From Laetmonice hystrix (lineage: Eukaryota), in assembly GCA_965235115.1 (NCBI GenBank), contig OZ249436.1:8372001-8436000 (forward strand): 64,000 bases of DNA. Reading direction: 5' to 3'. Made by a program: the position numbers and the translations under genes. The notes beneath the pieces were generated by a model. That model saw only the letters and a list, made by a program, of their open reading frames with translations, had not been told where the DNA came from and did no database searches. Positions 13,536-28,499 of this stretch are shown here, in pieces (position 1 is the first letter of the stretch; each line of letters begins with the position of its first letter).

Positions 13536-14951
13536 GGCCTTTCGCATACACTGATAGGCATATCGGCGTTCTTATTTATCCCTCCAGTTTGAAAATCAAT
13601 GCCTATACTATAAGTATCGCATTACGTCCAACGGATGTTCTTTAAAGTAATAAAATGTGTCAAGTAGGCCATGTGGACTTTGACCATCCCAGGCAGTGGT
13701 GTTCATTCTGCCTTGCCGTATCAGCGATATAACTGTACACCCAATAGATCGCCGCGTTTTTTTCAGTAACCAACTGAAAGGAAAAGAAACCTGCGTTTAG
13801 TTATACATGTATATATTTTTTTTCTTTCTACATGTGCCTAAGTATAACATGACCTTGTATATAAAGTGAAATGTGGAAGCTGTATATCCGTGTCATGATT
13901 TCTTTCAGGTCGTAAGTGGTAAATAACATAAACTTACGCTTGACAGGTTATCGGACTTCCTCTACTCAGGGCACAAGAAACTTTGGACCTTCTTTGGGTC
14001 AAGTAATAACTAACATATATTGAACATTTACAAAAGGTTCCATGCTATACCGACATCGATGTGAACAAAAGGTTCCATGCTATAACGACATCGATGTGAA
14101 CAAAAGGTTCCATGCTATACCGACATCGATGTGAACAAAAGGTTCCATGCTATACCGACATCGATGTGAACAAAAGGTTCCATGCTATACCGACATCGAT
14201 GTGAACAAAAGGTTCCATGCTATACCGACATCGATGTGGACAAAATAAAGTCTGTTGCAAAAGGTTCCATGCTATACCGACATCGATGTGAAGAAAATAA
14301 AGTCTGTTGCAAAAGGTCCCATGCTATACCGACTTTGATGTGAAGAAAAGGTTCCATGCTATACCGACATCGATGTGAAGAAAATAAACTCTGCTGCACA
14401 ATGCTGTTAGTATGTCTAATTACATACTTCTATTGAATAATGACATGAGGATAAGATCTGCTGAATTAGTTTGAGGAAGACGTACATTTTGGAGTCGGTC
14501 TCCAGCGCTTTGATTGTGGCTTAAGTCTGTACATCCGGTACATCATACGAGTGCCCATCGTGCATAACATTTATAAGCATACTTTCAAAAGAGAAGTAGG
14601 CCATAATAATTCTTCTTTCTTCCCACTTTCTTTTCGTTTATGGGCTCTTTTTCTGAGTCCTTCTATCTCCCTAAGCTGACCCACCACGGCTGTCAGACTC
14701 GGGGACTTGTTTCTTTTAGTTAAAATTCCGCGCCATTTTGACCGTGATCGTAGACTTGCTTGACGTGCCACGAACGCCGCATGCTTGTGGTGTGACCGTC
14801 CTCGCCAAGCATGTCACGCATACTTCCAGCCAAAGCTTTGCTTACTGTGTCATTCGTACCATTTCTAACGCATGGGTTTCGGTTGTTGAACCTTTGTGTT
14901 TTTCTCCAACTCATGGAACGCCGATATGCCTATCAGTGTATCCGAAAGGCC
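13536..14951. mobile_element. 1.4-kb non-autonomous TIR DNA transposon (possibly PIF/Harbinger-like) carrying an internal tandem array
   Basis: 36-bp TIRs GGCCTTTCGCATACACTGATAGGCATATCGGCGTTC (13536-13571) and 14916-14951 differ by one base; flanks are TTA| and |TAA. Superfamily is an inference. Confidence 0.8.
14031..14395. repeat. 35-bp minisatellite, ~9 units (last units extended)
   Basis: Unit CAAAAGGTTCCATGCTATACCGACATCGATGTGAA at 14031, 14066, 14101 and onward; contains the palindrome ACATCGATGT. Confidence 0.95.
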
Positions 14952-15795
14952 TAAATGCCTTTGTTTCTTTTATTATAATTTTTTACCTCAAAATGAATGT
15001 TTTTAGCCTGTAGTTGTTGGTGACAGGGAGATAGGGACAACTGTCCGCCTGGTGTCGACCAAGATCCACCTATAGGCCTACTACTACCTAAACCTATTTG
15101 GGTCAGTAGAGCTTCTATTTCTGAACAGGCGCCCTCTGTTTTAACTCGGCTTTTAAAAAACGCGATTTTTTTTCGTGAGCAAACGTGCTGTTTGCTATCC
15201 AATGTATAGGCGACTGCCCTTCAGATATCTCAAAGGATTTAATCACAGAACATTTGAACGTTTGATAAGCTGCGAAAACGATGCATAGGCCTATATGGGG
15301 CCCTTGGATTATAAGGCTCAGACATCAGACAGAAGCATATTTTATTTTATCATTATTGTATAACTATGTGCAATAAATAAATGTCTATTCATTAACATGA
15401 ATTTCATTCTTACACTTGTTAAATCAAAACTTTAATTATTACTCTATGACAAAAGAAATCAAATCGTTCATACTCTCTAATTATAATGATGAAATTGAAG
15501 CTCGTTGGAGGAAGGGAGACGTTGAATGAAATTGAAACGTGACATTTTGTCATGGGGGAATCCTGTCTCCTCTTAACTCGCCTGATTGAATACCCACCAC
15601 TATGATAAATAACGGGATAAGAAGAGGAAGAATCTGAACGACTAAACGATGTACACCAGTTAATTTGAATGGACATGCCTAATACGTATACATGCTTGCC
15701 GAACGATGTGCGCTTCGGTAATTAAATCTTTGGTCCGTTCTTTCAGAGCATCAACATTTATATAACCACACACAACAACAGTTTCCCTGCGTGGT

Positions 15796-16154
15796 GCACA
15801 TACCAACATCGACTGCACATACCAACATCGACTGCACATACCAACATCGACTGCATATACCAACATCGACTGCACATACCAACATTGATTGCACATACCA
15901 ACATCGACGGCACATATACCAACATGGACTGCACATACCAACATCGACTGCACATACAAACATCGACTGCACATACAAACATCGACTCCACATACCAACA
16001 TCGACTGCACATACCAACATCGACTCCACATATATACCAACATCGACTGCACATACCAACATCGACTGCACATATACCAACATCGACTTCACATACCAAC
16101 ATCGACTGCACACACACCAACATCGACTGCACACATACCAACATCGACTGCACA
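15796..16154. repeat. 19-21-bp minisatellite, ~18 units
   Basis: Unit CACATACCAACATCGACTG; explains six repetitive ORFs on both strands. Confidence 0.96.
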
Positions 16155-16291
16155 TTGGGACATACAGAAACCGTGTCCACTGATTAGATTCTTCACGGAG
16201 GAGCAGTCTCCATCTCGAGTCGACCAGCCGCAGGGCGATGCTGAGAGCACAAGCTATATACGGTGACTGTACTGCACCGAGAGTCTCTTAA

Positions 16292-16507
16292 AGGGACGCA
16301 GAGGACAGTATATACACCACCGCCAAAAATTAAAACGGTATGTAGCCATTATGATTTAAAATATTTAAATCTACTTTTTCTCAGAATAGCCGCAACTGCG
16401 AAACCAAATAATTTTTCATTGTAGACCTATTCATAAACAGAAGGCCACGATTGAGATATTTTGGTAAATATCGTGGGCTGCTATATAGATACATTCTGGA
16501 TGTCCCT
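16292..16507. mobile_element. Kolobok-like MITE (TTAA target duplication)
   Basis: TTAA|AGGGAC ... GTCCCT|TTAA; only a short TIR is retained. Confidence 0.55.
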
Positions 16508-19500
16508 TTAATTAAGCGTCTATAATAAGTGGTAGTGTTGTTGTTCTGCGTATTGGACGAATCACCATCGACTGCACAGAGAAACATGTTCTAACTGTGC
16601 CATCTGATTAAGATTACTCGCGGGGGACCACCTAATTAATCCGATCACCGCCCGGTGGGGTGGGGGGGGGGGTGATTGCGAGGGGGCGGGGAAGGAGAAC
16701 TCCACCGACAAGTGCATTTAACATTATTATCTACGGTTGCTGTTCTCCCGGAGCTCAATGTGGCGACGACGTCTCCGCTGATTGCGATAAATCATCAATA
16801 TGGACGAAGTGCAAGCGGAATGGGGACACAATAATCACACTAATAAACGGACACAAGTTTACGCACACCGTTGAGTTGTCAACGGTTGATTAGGTCTACA
16901 TCACTCCACATAAAAAAAACCACAAACATCAATAGTATAGTACAGTGAAACAATTCTGATTGTATATATTGGTAAGATGATTATGTATATTTTTTCAGTG
17001 CCTGAATTGGTAGGTTATAGAAGGCCTAGTTACCATAGCGTGTGAACAGGATCCAAACCAGGATTTAGGCCGGTATGTCATTCACCAAGTGTAACACACG
17101 TTCGGAGCCTCTCCTTTCATATAATCTTTTTGTGCACTAACCTCCCTGAGTTCCTGGCCTAATTGGTTTTTAAATGCTTTCACTCTAGATAATCAAAGCC
17201 ATGCGCACAGTAAAGGAGGTATTAAATCAGTACCAGTTGTTCCTTACATTTGGTATGCGACGATTCCCAGGTTTAAACACATTAATAATAAACCATATTC
17301 TCTTGATGCGTTTAGACTTAATTACGAGAGAGATTTCTGAATTATAGCCAGGCAACTTGTCCAACGCCGTATTTTACAATCCCGAGTCACAGTATGACAC
17401 GAGAGGCAACATGGAAAATCATAGAAACATAGGAAAGCACGGTACCACACTGAGGGTGATGAAAACAGCTTGTTGCCCTCAAAATTTGCTGATTCTGGGT
17501 CAAGCAACGAAATGCCACATTAAACACTCCTACCTGTCTGCCGCAATGATATCTAGTCCCCACAGGTCAGCTGGGTGAGGGCACCTGCGAACGCTCCAAC
17601 AACCACGTGTGTGTCAGGGAACGTCTCCAGCTAGTAGACTGGAGGTCCTTCCTCCATATGGTCGCGTCGACAAGAGCCAGTAAGAGGCGCCATCATTGAT
17701 AACAGCCACCAGGGCAATCTCCCCGCTTTCTATATCTGACCACCATTAACACTAGTGTCAGTCTGCCATAACGTTACATTGGAAATTGAACGGTTTGGAA
17801 TTAGAATCCTAGCGCAGCGGCCGGGAGCGAAAGTCGATGTGAGCAGTTGGTTGTGTGCCCTGGCAGTGCTACTGGGGACGTGTACATCTGTGAACACTGC
17901 CCGCTCCTCCGATTTCCCTTTAGCTCTCCGTGAATATCTCCGAGTGTCAGGGTGCAGCGCCCGCCACTGCTGTCGCCACCAGCGCCCTTACAGGCAGACC
18001 CTGTCATCTATTGGTTCCTGGCTCGGATATTCCAGCCGCAATCAGCAGGATGGCTTCACCCGCAGTTATGGTCCTCAGCAACACTTTGGAATCTACTTGG
18101 CGGCGTTACAGCACGATACCATTTCTCTTATCAATGGAAGTGTCCCTATATTTATGTACTTTGTGCGAGGAGAAACACGGTTGAAATAATCTATAAACCT
18201 GGTTTATAGCGATAAAGGCAGCAGAAAACGAATAAAATATCGTGTTCGTGCCATACGCGTCGGTCGATTTGGTCCACCAGGATTGCAGCCATTAATAAAA
18301 GATAACTGGGGGATAAGGGCCCTTGTACCCGGGCATGGAATTACATGAGACCGGGCATGAAATTACATGAGATTCCTTGCTGGCCTGTACCATTATCACT
18401 TGTCGCAATGTCCGAGCGATTAACGCATCCCTTCCAGACAAGATTTACAAAATTGCCGTCTCCAAAATAACTGCCTCAAGCGCGAGGATTTTTTTAGCGC
18501 GCCCAATAGGCCTACTAAAATCGGCCCAGGCCTCTGGCTGTCGAAAGATGTGCTCTTAGCAGGAGAAGAGGGAAGGTAAGTAGCCCTCACACGTTGTGTG
18601 GGCGGGCAGTTAGAGTGGGAAGCAATCCATCGCTAGGTCTACTGATTGTATCCAAGGACATGGATACACGATGTGACCGTATTGGTCGCCGTGACCAGGA
18701 GTAATATGCCGAGGAAGGAACCCAGCTAAATTTAGCAACACTACACTTCCTCGAATCGTGTAAGGAATCCAACGTGCGATAAGACGTTACGGTGTATAGA
18801 GTCCCCTTAAAGACCGACATGCACTATAAAAGGGAAGGGTGACGCCCACTCATTTGGCTCCCAGACATCGCCGAGTGATGGTTTTTGGCAATAACGGGCG
18901 ATACCCATTGCATTCACGTGCCCAAACTGCATAATCGTCAGAGGGCATCCTAATATACCTACAGTGTCGAGGCCAGGAATCGATGAACATTAGAAATGAT
19001 CGAAAATCAATACCAATTTCTACTCTTGCCTGGCGCTTGGATTTGAAAATCGCGGTTCGATGACCCCTGCTCTATTGTATTCGCCTGTCAATCATCCGTG
19101 ACTGGCTATTTCTGGCCCATTGATTGGACCTGGCCTGGTAAAAGATCACGTCGTTGGCACGCCCACCACCTTCAGATTGGCTGGGCGCGAGCGCCTGTTA
19201 CCACATTAGCATTTGCCGGGTGGCACACCATGTCGGTCTTTAAACATCGGGTGTCAACCGGCGTCTAGCTGTGTGTGTTGCTCACATTTATAATTAAATC
19301 AGTGTAATTTGCCCCGGGTATAGATAACAACGTGAGCATGGGAACGACAAACCCAAATTGATGCTAATTTAATTAATCATCTTCATGAATATTCATAAGT
19401 GGTGATATCAAACAAGATGGCACGACGCTAATCTGCACCATTAACTTGAACGAACGTCGCTTGAGGCGAGCCAGCACAACACAACCAACACAAATAGATG

Positions 19501-20901
19501 CAGAGAGAGAAGGAGGCAGGTGCTCCCCCCCCCCGTATACAAGGATGCATCTATATAGGCATGAGGTTGTCCTACATACATGTACACGTACATGAACCAG
19601 CCCTAACACACAATGAATATGTTAATCAATGGTAACTATATGTTTATAAGAAGACGCTGTTTTTATTTTTTTACATTTTTATTTTTCAAGTGGATATAAT
19701 TATTCGCTATATCCCTGATCAAGTGCTACAATGTACACGTGGTTCAAGTCGCATTGTTCACAAGCACGTAAATTCTGACCAAACTATGAGGGAGACTGGT
19801 TGAGAGAGGCTGGGCAGCTGAAGGTGGTTACATCGTAGGCACGTAGCGAGATACCCTTGGGGCCACTGGCCGTTCGCAGGTGCGTGTGACCATGGCACCT
19901 CAGTGTTTCCACCAGACCGCATGCGGCTACCTATCCCAGGCCGAGCCGAGAGGGGCAAGAAAAGGGGCTATAGGGTGATCTCACTTTACTAAGGAGGTAA
20001 AGTTTCACTTTGTTCCCCCAGCACCCACCCCCTCTAAATGTAAGATCTGTTGTATTTCAGGGCGTCATCGAGACACGGGGGAAAGCATCATTGATTCCTT
20101 TTCCATATTCTTCTTTCCATGAAGGTCTCCATTTATCCATGATGAGAATTTCCTTTTTCTTTGAAGCAAAGTGAATTGAAATGGACCAAACATTTCAATC
20201 AAATTCTATTACATCTTTCCTTATAATATTTTAACTCAATATTATATGGATCTCTTTTTAGTCTGTTTGGGCTGCCTGACATCAGTTAGATCTATAGACC
20301 TGGGCAGACAGAATCCAACACCACAGGGCTTGCAGATGTTTGATCTGGATTAAAACTGACAGCGTTTTTATTCGACTGTTAGATTCTGCGTGAAACTTTT
20401 TATGAATCACCTCTAAATCCGCAGAAGAAAAACCTGCTTGATATTTGACTGCCTCTGTCGGCTCAGATTACAGTGTTTTCGTGTACTTGGCATCTGCTTA
20501 TTGAGAAGACACCGCCGCAGGAGAAGAGCTTCGCATGGAATTCTGAGCGCGACAGAATCCACCAAAGGTTCCAGCGGGTCGGGTTGGATTGCCTTTCGCC
20601 TTTGACCTTGCCGACACCCGCGCGTGCCACCTGTCAGACCGTCGGCCTGCTGAGGGCACAGGGACGGGGGGTCTCTGGCCGAAACCTGGGAGGGGGAGGG
20701 GGGCTACATGATGGCAGTATTCACGACGAACTAAACATCGATGGCGTCCTGGCAGCATACTGTTGTAAGGAGATTGGGATGTTGACTTTACATGCAGTAA
20801 CGCTGTCAGTTGGAGCATCGAACCGAAACAAGACAGGACATGAATACTATGCCGATATCTGTGGTCCTATCTCAGGCCCCTAGGGGAGGGGGAATATGAA
20901 A

Positions 20902-21128
20902 AGAGAGAGACAGACAGACAGACATAGAGAGACAGAGAGAGAGACACAGAGACAGACAGAAACAGAGAAACAGACAGAGACAGGGAGAGACAGATAGAGC
21001 TCAGCCGACAGTGACTTTCAGATGCAGAGATGTCGTGTGAACTCCAGCACCAATATCGTAACGACCCCTAGAACCACCTCCCACCCAATATGGCTACAAA
21101 GAGAGAGAGAGACAGACAGACAGACAGA
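20902..21128. repeat. (GA)/(GACA) microsatellite patches
   Basis: AGAGAGAGACAGACAGAC... at 20902-20999 and 21100-21128. Confidence 0.85.
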
Positions 21129-23081
21129 AAACGATAAAAAAATTCAGATCATGTAAAATTGAGGCTGAGACAAGAAGGTGACATTCAAGATATTGTCCTT
21201 ATAAAGATAAAGGAAAAAAGGAGCGCAACTCTGTCGTTATTATGTCCAAGCTCTCATACTAAACATGTCCTTCATGGCCCATATATTGTAGACGCCCAAG
21301 ACGCCATATTCAAAAACCATAATGTCGTCCACGTAAGTCAGGCGTGACGTAACGGTCTACAGTGTTTTCAAGGTCCCAAAATGACCCGGCCCAAGCCCGG
21401 AGGGGATACTTGTCACGGTATACTTGACAGGGGTAGGAGTAAACTTTGATCGGTAGAACAGTTCCAACTCCCAACATGATTCGGAACACGAGCTTATATT
21501 TTCAGTGCACAAACGTCCCTATATCCCGATTTCCAACTATAGTCTAGTCGACAAACCTTTCAGATTTGATTGAAACGATAAATATAGACCAAATCGTAAG
21601 ACTCCTGGGAATAGAGATAGACCTCGACATCCTCGTCTACCAAGAGAAAGAAAATGCAGACAACCCACCTGTACGCCATAATTCATACATTTATAACTGA
21701 CCCGTATGGGTTATGGCATCTGTTCTTATCTTCGCATGTTTCTCTCCACACATGTTATCTTATGTTATCCCCGCAGCTGTCTCAGCAAATACCTCGCCAG
21801 ATAACAATGGCGTACCATGATGACAGCACAAAGTTATAACCCCTCGACATAGGACAATAAATACATGTACTATACGATATATATGAACGTACATGAGAGT
21901 GCCCCTATACCTGGCATGTGGCCACCACAACCGTCACAGCAGTATCTAGGTGGTCCTACGTCTTATCACCACGAGGTCGTTAGATACGCGCTTCATCTTC
22001 TTTCTGGGCCACAGTCAAGTCTGAGGTGTACTCGGTGCACGACTACTACAGGAGTTCTAAATATAGAAAGCGTGCAGTTTACGCCATCATATTTCATTAG
22101 TCATTTCTCGACTAGTTAAACATCATCCCGCTGCTAGCATCTCCCTTTATCAGTCTAACACCTCGTGCAGTCCGCTTAGGTTGCGTGGCCTGCTGGGCCG
22201 GGCCTGCTGCATCAATCATGTAGGGTGCGCATGCAGCGTTCTGTAGGACTTTTATACCCTCTGGGTTATCCCGCCATGAGCTTAAAAATAGGTTAGAGAT
22301 TGGGCAAATGCATTTATAAAAATATACATCCCCACCACATAAAGAATGCTGCTATACTTTGCATTGCCCACTCAACATTTAAATGAAGAATTTTGTCCTT
22401 AGAGTACATCGTAATAAATATGCTGACGGTAGTTTATTGATTCTAATTGTAATGAATCCTATTGATTACAGGCTGTTCTAATTAACAAATTATTCATTAT
22501 CGTCGACCGCTGTGGTTGGTGATAAAGTGGCCATATTTTGTAAACTGTCAGTGCAGTGCATGATTCAATGAATTCAGGGCGAACGATTTCGGAGTGTGTA
22601 GGAAAGGGACGCCCATCCCGGTTTACCAAACTGCCGTCGTGTATATAAAAATTAAAACTTCATTCCATGATATAGTTGCCTCGCTGTCTATATGACATGG
22701 TGCAGGGACTAGATTGACCCAGAAATGCCAAGCCGATTATAGGTCCTATTAATCCTGGGATAACTAGGCCTGTGATTCGAAATACATGCATCGAGGGGTA
22801 TGTAGATTAGTCTAATGGATTACTCATCAAAACAAAAATTAAAGATTGTTTTCAACCTTGTGAGTTCAACTCCAAAATAGTAGCTTGGATAATTTACCCC
22901 AATATTTAATGTCCGGGATAGGTTTTCAACCACGTTGTTTTAATTACGACGAATTCTGATAACATCAAAACTGCCGGAAGCTGTTTACGGCTTGGGTTGG
23001 CGGTCTGAAGATAATGATTTAAAGGCTAAAGTAAAGACGTATACCAGTTCAAAGGTCTGAATTGAGAAGGACCAATATTTC

Positions 23082-23361
23082 TTACTTATTCCTTATTCCT
23101 GATTCGACCCCGAGGTCATGGTCAGGAGTCAGTTAAGAGTTAGGTGCGAAGTTCAGTCACACCATGACCTTGGCTTTATCCTTTCAAGGTCATCATGAAA
23201 AAATGCCCTCGAAAACACAAAGCTGGCCCAGATGGCACCCAGACGTCATGGTGCAATTTTAGCGGTGACCGTGAAAGGCGGTGGTTAAGGTCATGGTGTG
23301 ACTGACCTTAACATCGACGATCCAAGACGTCTGGGTCGAATGAAGAATAAGGAATAAGTAA
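23082..23361. mobile_element. Foldback/MITE-like element with nested inverted repeats
   Basis: TTACTTATTCCTTATTC..TTCGACCC pairs with GGGTCGAATGAAGAATAAGGAATAAGTAA; inner CAGTCACACCATGACCTT pairs with AAGGTCATGGTGTGACTG. Confidence 0.7.
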
Positions 23362-26300
23362 CAACTTCACGGACCTGAAGTAGGTGTACGAATCATATAT
23401 TATTAGGGCCTCTGCCGCCCCTGCGCAAGGTTCCGGGGCCCTTGATTCTGTCTCCCTGTAGTTAGATTAAAGGTAATCCAACTACCCGTTAGAACGGGTA
23501 TGAGGTATCCGCCTGAGGGATTCATGTCTATTCAAGCCGGTTATATGAACGACACACAGTTTCGCAAGAGTTCAGTGCTCATAATAAATCACATTGTATA
23601 ACCTTGGGCAATCTATTAGTCCACTATACCGTGCAGTGTGGTCTGAAGGACGGGAGTATAGTCTAGCATTATACACAGTGGCGGTACCAGACTTGAAATA
23701 TACAGGCGGACAGAGAGCTAGGAGTAAAAGGAAAAATAAAGAAGGGGGTGTTGGGAGGTAGGTCTCACAGTACGGAAGATTTAAAAGGCGAAGGGAGGAA
23801 CAAATAAAGGTGGAAAGTAAAGGTTTGGATTAGGGTTAGTCTTGTCTGACATGTCTTGGGGGATTCCTACCTTAATTACCCGATCCATAACCCAGGAGAT
23901 AATTAGACTGAACGCCAGGTAATATTGTGAATCGATCCCTTGTATAATTCCCTATAATTACCCAAATATTTTAATTTAGATGAAGCATGTTCATAATTAT
24001 AGGGGCGTATGTGGCAAATATATCTTTATTAAATAATTAATATCATCTGATGACCTTGTTCGGGGTTGTTTATTCCTATGATGACATCTGTCATTGATAC
24101 TGCACGTCACAATGGACAGCATAAATATTTATTTTTTTGACAAGGTAGGCCAATATTCTATGCAAGGCAACTCTGCAGTCAATATTTTTTATTACCAAGA
24201 GATGTTTTAGTATTCCATACCCTTTGGGTGTCAGCTGATCTTCACTCCACCTTTCATTTTCGGATTAAATCCCGGACACACTCCGGCTGGCGGATGACCT
24301 TTGGGAGCATTGCTCATCCTTATGGAAGAATATGCCGGGACAGAGGGAAGTCCTAGTCCGGGAGACACCGGAGTGGGATAGAGCCTCTCGATCTAGGAAG
24401 TCCCTAATCCTTTCTGTCCCCCTTTCTCTATAAGTCACTGCTCTGGTACTTGTATTTGGATGAATCAACATGGCAGATAACACACATGAGTATATCATGA
24501 TGGTCTTTATATATTTCCTCATACCTAACAAAACAAGTAGCTGTACACATGTGTCTGCTTCAATCTATCTATACTTGATATGGAAAACTTCTGAATTAGC
24601 TTGGCGTTTCGAAATAGCTTTTAATGACATCTAAAAATGATATTTGTTACATCTATTATGTCAGCCTATTTGTTGATGAGTGTACATGTCCAAGCACAGA
24701 TAGTGGTCTCTATATATAGACCACATTATTGTGTACATGTGTATATCTATATCCACATATCCACTCTACATTATGCATATAGTATATTATATATGTACAC
24801 ACGTGTAGGTAGATACACAGAGATTTATACGTAGAGTCATGAAAAATGTAGTTGATCCCGTGTTAGAACAGGGGTCATGACACCAGAACGTCGACCAGGC
24901 TATGTATCGGGGCTACCAGTAACGTAATCCATCTGTTCACGGCACTGTGAATCCGTAAAATGTAGACATCCATTGAGAGAAAAAAAGAAGACGAAAGAGG
25001 TCATCGTCCTGTGAGTGGCGCCTCTATAGCACAACTCCGACTTGGCGGAGCGTGAGCGCCAGCAACGATAACATCAAAAACGGCTGGAGACGTGACAGTA
25101 TATTGCAGCATAGATCTACTGTCCATACCCCGGGCCGCATCAGGGGGGGGGGGGGCGCTCAGGTGGTTTGGAACCCCTTTTAAAGATAATCCTTCCCCTT
25201 ACATAATGCAGTTTTTCAGAATGGACTGTTTTGGACTCGCCTAAACCTTTTGCTATCTTTCCCTCTTCAACCGCCCCCCCCCCCAACCCCAACCCCCAAC
25301 CCCCGCAAATCCTGGATCAACCCAAGCAAAATTGTCGGCCTATTCGTGCCTCAATGCCTACAGCATCAATATGTTGTTCCTGCTATGAGGACACACAGAT
25401 TAAATTTTGTAGTCCAGAGTCGGATATATTGACAACTTCCTGCTTACGTTTTGGTATTGAGTTTACACGTGATAATCCAGGGACTATAGCTTTCATGGTG
25501 TTTCGATATATGCAGGAAGGATCTTACATGCGGTTAGAAGGGACGACACCGGAAATTGGCTCACAATTGTGGGATAGCAGTCTATATTCACGGCTGCACT
25601 AGCCTAATACTTAAGATGATATCGAAAGCTCTCCGAAGATTGTGACGATGCACCACATTCTTCCAGTTTGCAGCATATGTTGGCGCTGTACCATATTTCA
25701 AAACTTTCAAGACCAATATAGGTATGAATCTAAAGGGATCACATCCCTAAAAGTCATTGTCATATGATACATGGAACTCCCACCGCTACACCCATCCCCA
25801 TCGCATGTGGCACACGGACATATATTGGTCATCACATGAGAGAAGGCGGGTCACAACTTTACATTCTGGGTCGTTTAAATGGTACAGATTTTACCACGCT
25901 CTAGGTGGGGCCGGGTGCATGGGATGGCGGCTACTCATATGATGTAGCAAGGTTTAGGAACATCCATGGAGTATACATTTACCGCCGGTCTCTGCTTGGG
26001 CGGCAAAGTCAGCTGCGGGCTTACTGAGTCATCACGCTGGTTTTAGGCCAAAGGAAAAAAAACGCGGTTTCTCGTTATAGAGCTTGTTTAACAAGATGCC
26101 TAATCATGTGATGTTTTTAAAACAAACTAAAAATGTTGTCATTGACATGATTTATAACTAATTTATAGAAATTTAACAAATAAAGCTGTCCCTTTTCTTT
26201 CAGACCCATACTGAGAGAGGAGGGTATTTTGAAGCGGCTTTATAAGTATGCGCTTTTCTCTTGAAAAGCTTCAAAATGCGATGAATGTAGTTCTTCAATA

Positions 26301-28242
26301 TTTTTGTACGCACCCCTATGCATATCACATACGACCCTGACTGTATCGTAGATATGATCAGCCCTTACAGACACGTCAAACAAACTTCTGTCAAAGCTGT
26401 GACAGGTGAAACACATCATACATGGGTTGATATCGGCAGTGCTTATAGAAACTCAGCTCTGCAGATGAATAATTAACGTGGGAGAAATGTAAAGTGGTAC
26501 CTATAAGAAACGTATTATTTTGTTCCTTTGGCGCTAAAAGTTTTCACATTTCGTATGAAGGATTATGAATACGGTGGATTGTCTGAGTGTTGATTTTGGT
26601 GTAAGCCATGCAGGCCATGGATATAGGGCATGCAACATAACCTCAGTACTGTAGTATACGTGTCCCAAATGTTTCCTCTATGCCTGGGCACAACCAGATT
26701 ACACTTCTTCCTGACTGGTAATATACATGGTATCTGAGTCATAATGTATAGATAATCGTGCCAGATATCTTACGCATATAATATATTCATTACGTTGGAA
26801 AGGTTGCACTTGCTTTTTCTATCTATCTATTAACATAATTAAACCACCTATCATTACCATGATAAGTGTCATCATGTTGACTACATATCTTAGAGATTAC
26901 ATCGTCTATAAGTAAGGAATTATCTTATTGCACTTAATCTAACCTCTACAGAGGTCATCTCGTTGAATACAGCGCTTTTCTTTTAACGGTCGCGCAATAC
27001 ACAACTGTTCTGGCGATATCACCTTCGGCCTGACGGTCAATTATCAGAGTGCACAGAGATAATATTGATAATACTTACGATTTACCCTTAAGGATAATGA
27101 CTGGATACTTACGATTTACCCTTAATCCCAAAGTTATCCGAAAGAAAGTTATGAAATGAACGTGCGGAGGCACCGGCAGCCGTTCATGCAGGAGGATGCC
27201 GGGTTAAGCATCACGGGGGTTTACATGTACGTGCATCCGCGCAGCTTCCATCAGCAGCTACCACGCCTCTGCCAACACACCTGCAGGGTCACCCCCCCCC
27301 CCCCAACCTTCCTACCCCCTACCCACATTTCACTGAGGAGGGGGTCTTATTGGCTCCATGAATCCACCAGTTAGATCCGACATTATCCCCACCCACATCC
27401 CCCTCACGGCCGTTACACAGCGTAGACCTGTTTATAGGTGACGTGATGTTTACATTGCCATGGAGACCAGTCGTATACTGACGTCCCTACCTGATGAGTG
27501 TTATAGTGATGCCGTGAATCACACGGCCTACTCCCATCATGACGTATCTCACCCCAGCAGATAACTGTAACACTTTCCGACTTTAGAAACGTTGCAGACT
27601 CATCGGCAAACCTGTACCCTGGGATTTCGTTCAAAGATAATGGAAAAAATTGGTTTGTCAACGATAAAAACCATGCAGTGGACAACACCATGTTCCAGGA
27701 CAGAACTTTACTATTCGGGATGGCAATATTGCCACAGGGACCTCGCGTTACGTCCTAACGTATTCAACAAGCGACATTTGCTATAAACTAATTACATTGA
27801 CCTTTGGCATATTACCTTTCAAGTACATGTATCCAGAACACAAGTCTTAAAACGGTTAACTTTGTATGCATGCATTGTTTACTGTTTACTGCATTGAGCG
27901 GCCAAACCTGACTTTGATGTTTTATTATGTAGATCACTGAGCGCTCTTCAGGCTCTTTCCCTGAGGGGGAAATTCTCCGACTCACTTTGTCCATATGTCT
28001 TTCTTATAACTCGGACACTGGGCAGATGGAGGTATACTGGTACCCAAGGCACAGTAGCCAATCCTCATCTTGGCACCTCTGAAGGTCCAAGTCAATCCTC
28101 TCCCAACTCCTGAGCTGGGCCTCATCATCTCAAATCTTCGTACCGACATGGACCGCATCAATAAATCATATACCTTTGGCCTCAGTGTCACCGGAGCCAA
28201 CAGCAATCATGCCAATACTGTTATATGACATGGCATAATAAT

Positions 28243-28352
28243 TATACTATGGGAAAGACATTAGATCAAGAGTCAGTTTATACTATGGGGAAGACATTAG
28301 ATCAAGAGTCAGTTTATACTATGGGGAGGACATTCAATCAAGAGTCAGTTTA
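28243..28352. repeat. 36-bp unit x3
   Basis: TTATACTATGGGRARGACATTMRATCAAGAGTCAGT repeated three times. Confidence 0.9.
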
Positions 28353-28456
28353 GGGTTGTTTAATAGAATACTAAATGAGCTCTAGCCGTCATGAACACCA
28401 CGTGATCCGTACAGTGACTTGATTGGTCTCTTCAAGGACTGGATCAAACACATCCT

Positions 28457-28458
<2 letters not shown>

Positions 28459-28495
<37 letters not shown>

Positions 28496-28499
28496 TCCG

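Noticed and set aside
15660..16266. Six 100-140 aa ORFs on both strands
   Set aside because: Artefacts of a stop-free 19-bp minisatellite.
17755..18209. Overlapping ORFs up to 144 aa in a GC-richer patch
   Set aside because: No recognisable domain or convincing splice boundaries.
20647..20685. Hammerhead-ribozyme-like CTGcTGA-stem-GAAAC
   Set aside because: Core A is mutated, stem II register is off by one, and stems I and III cannot be formed.
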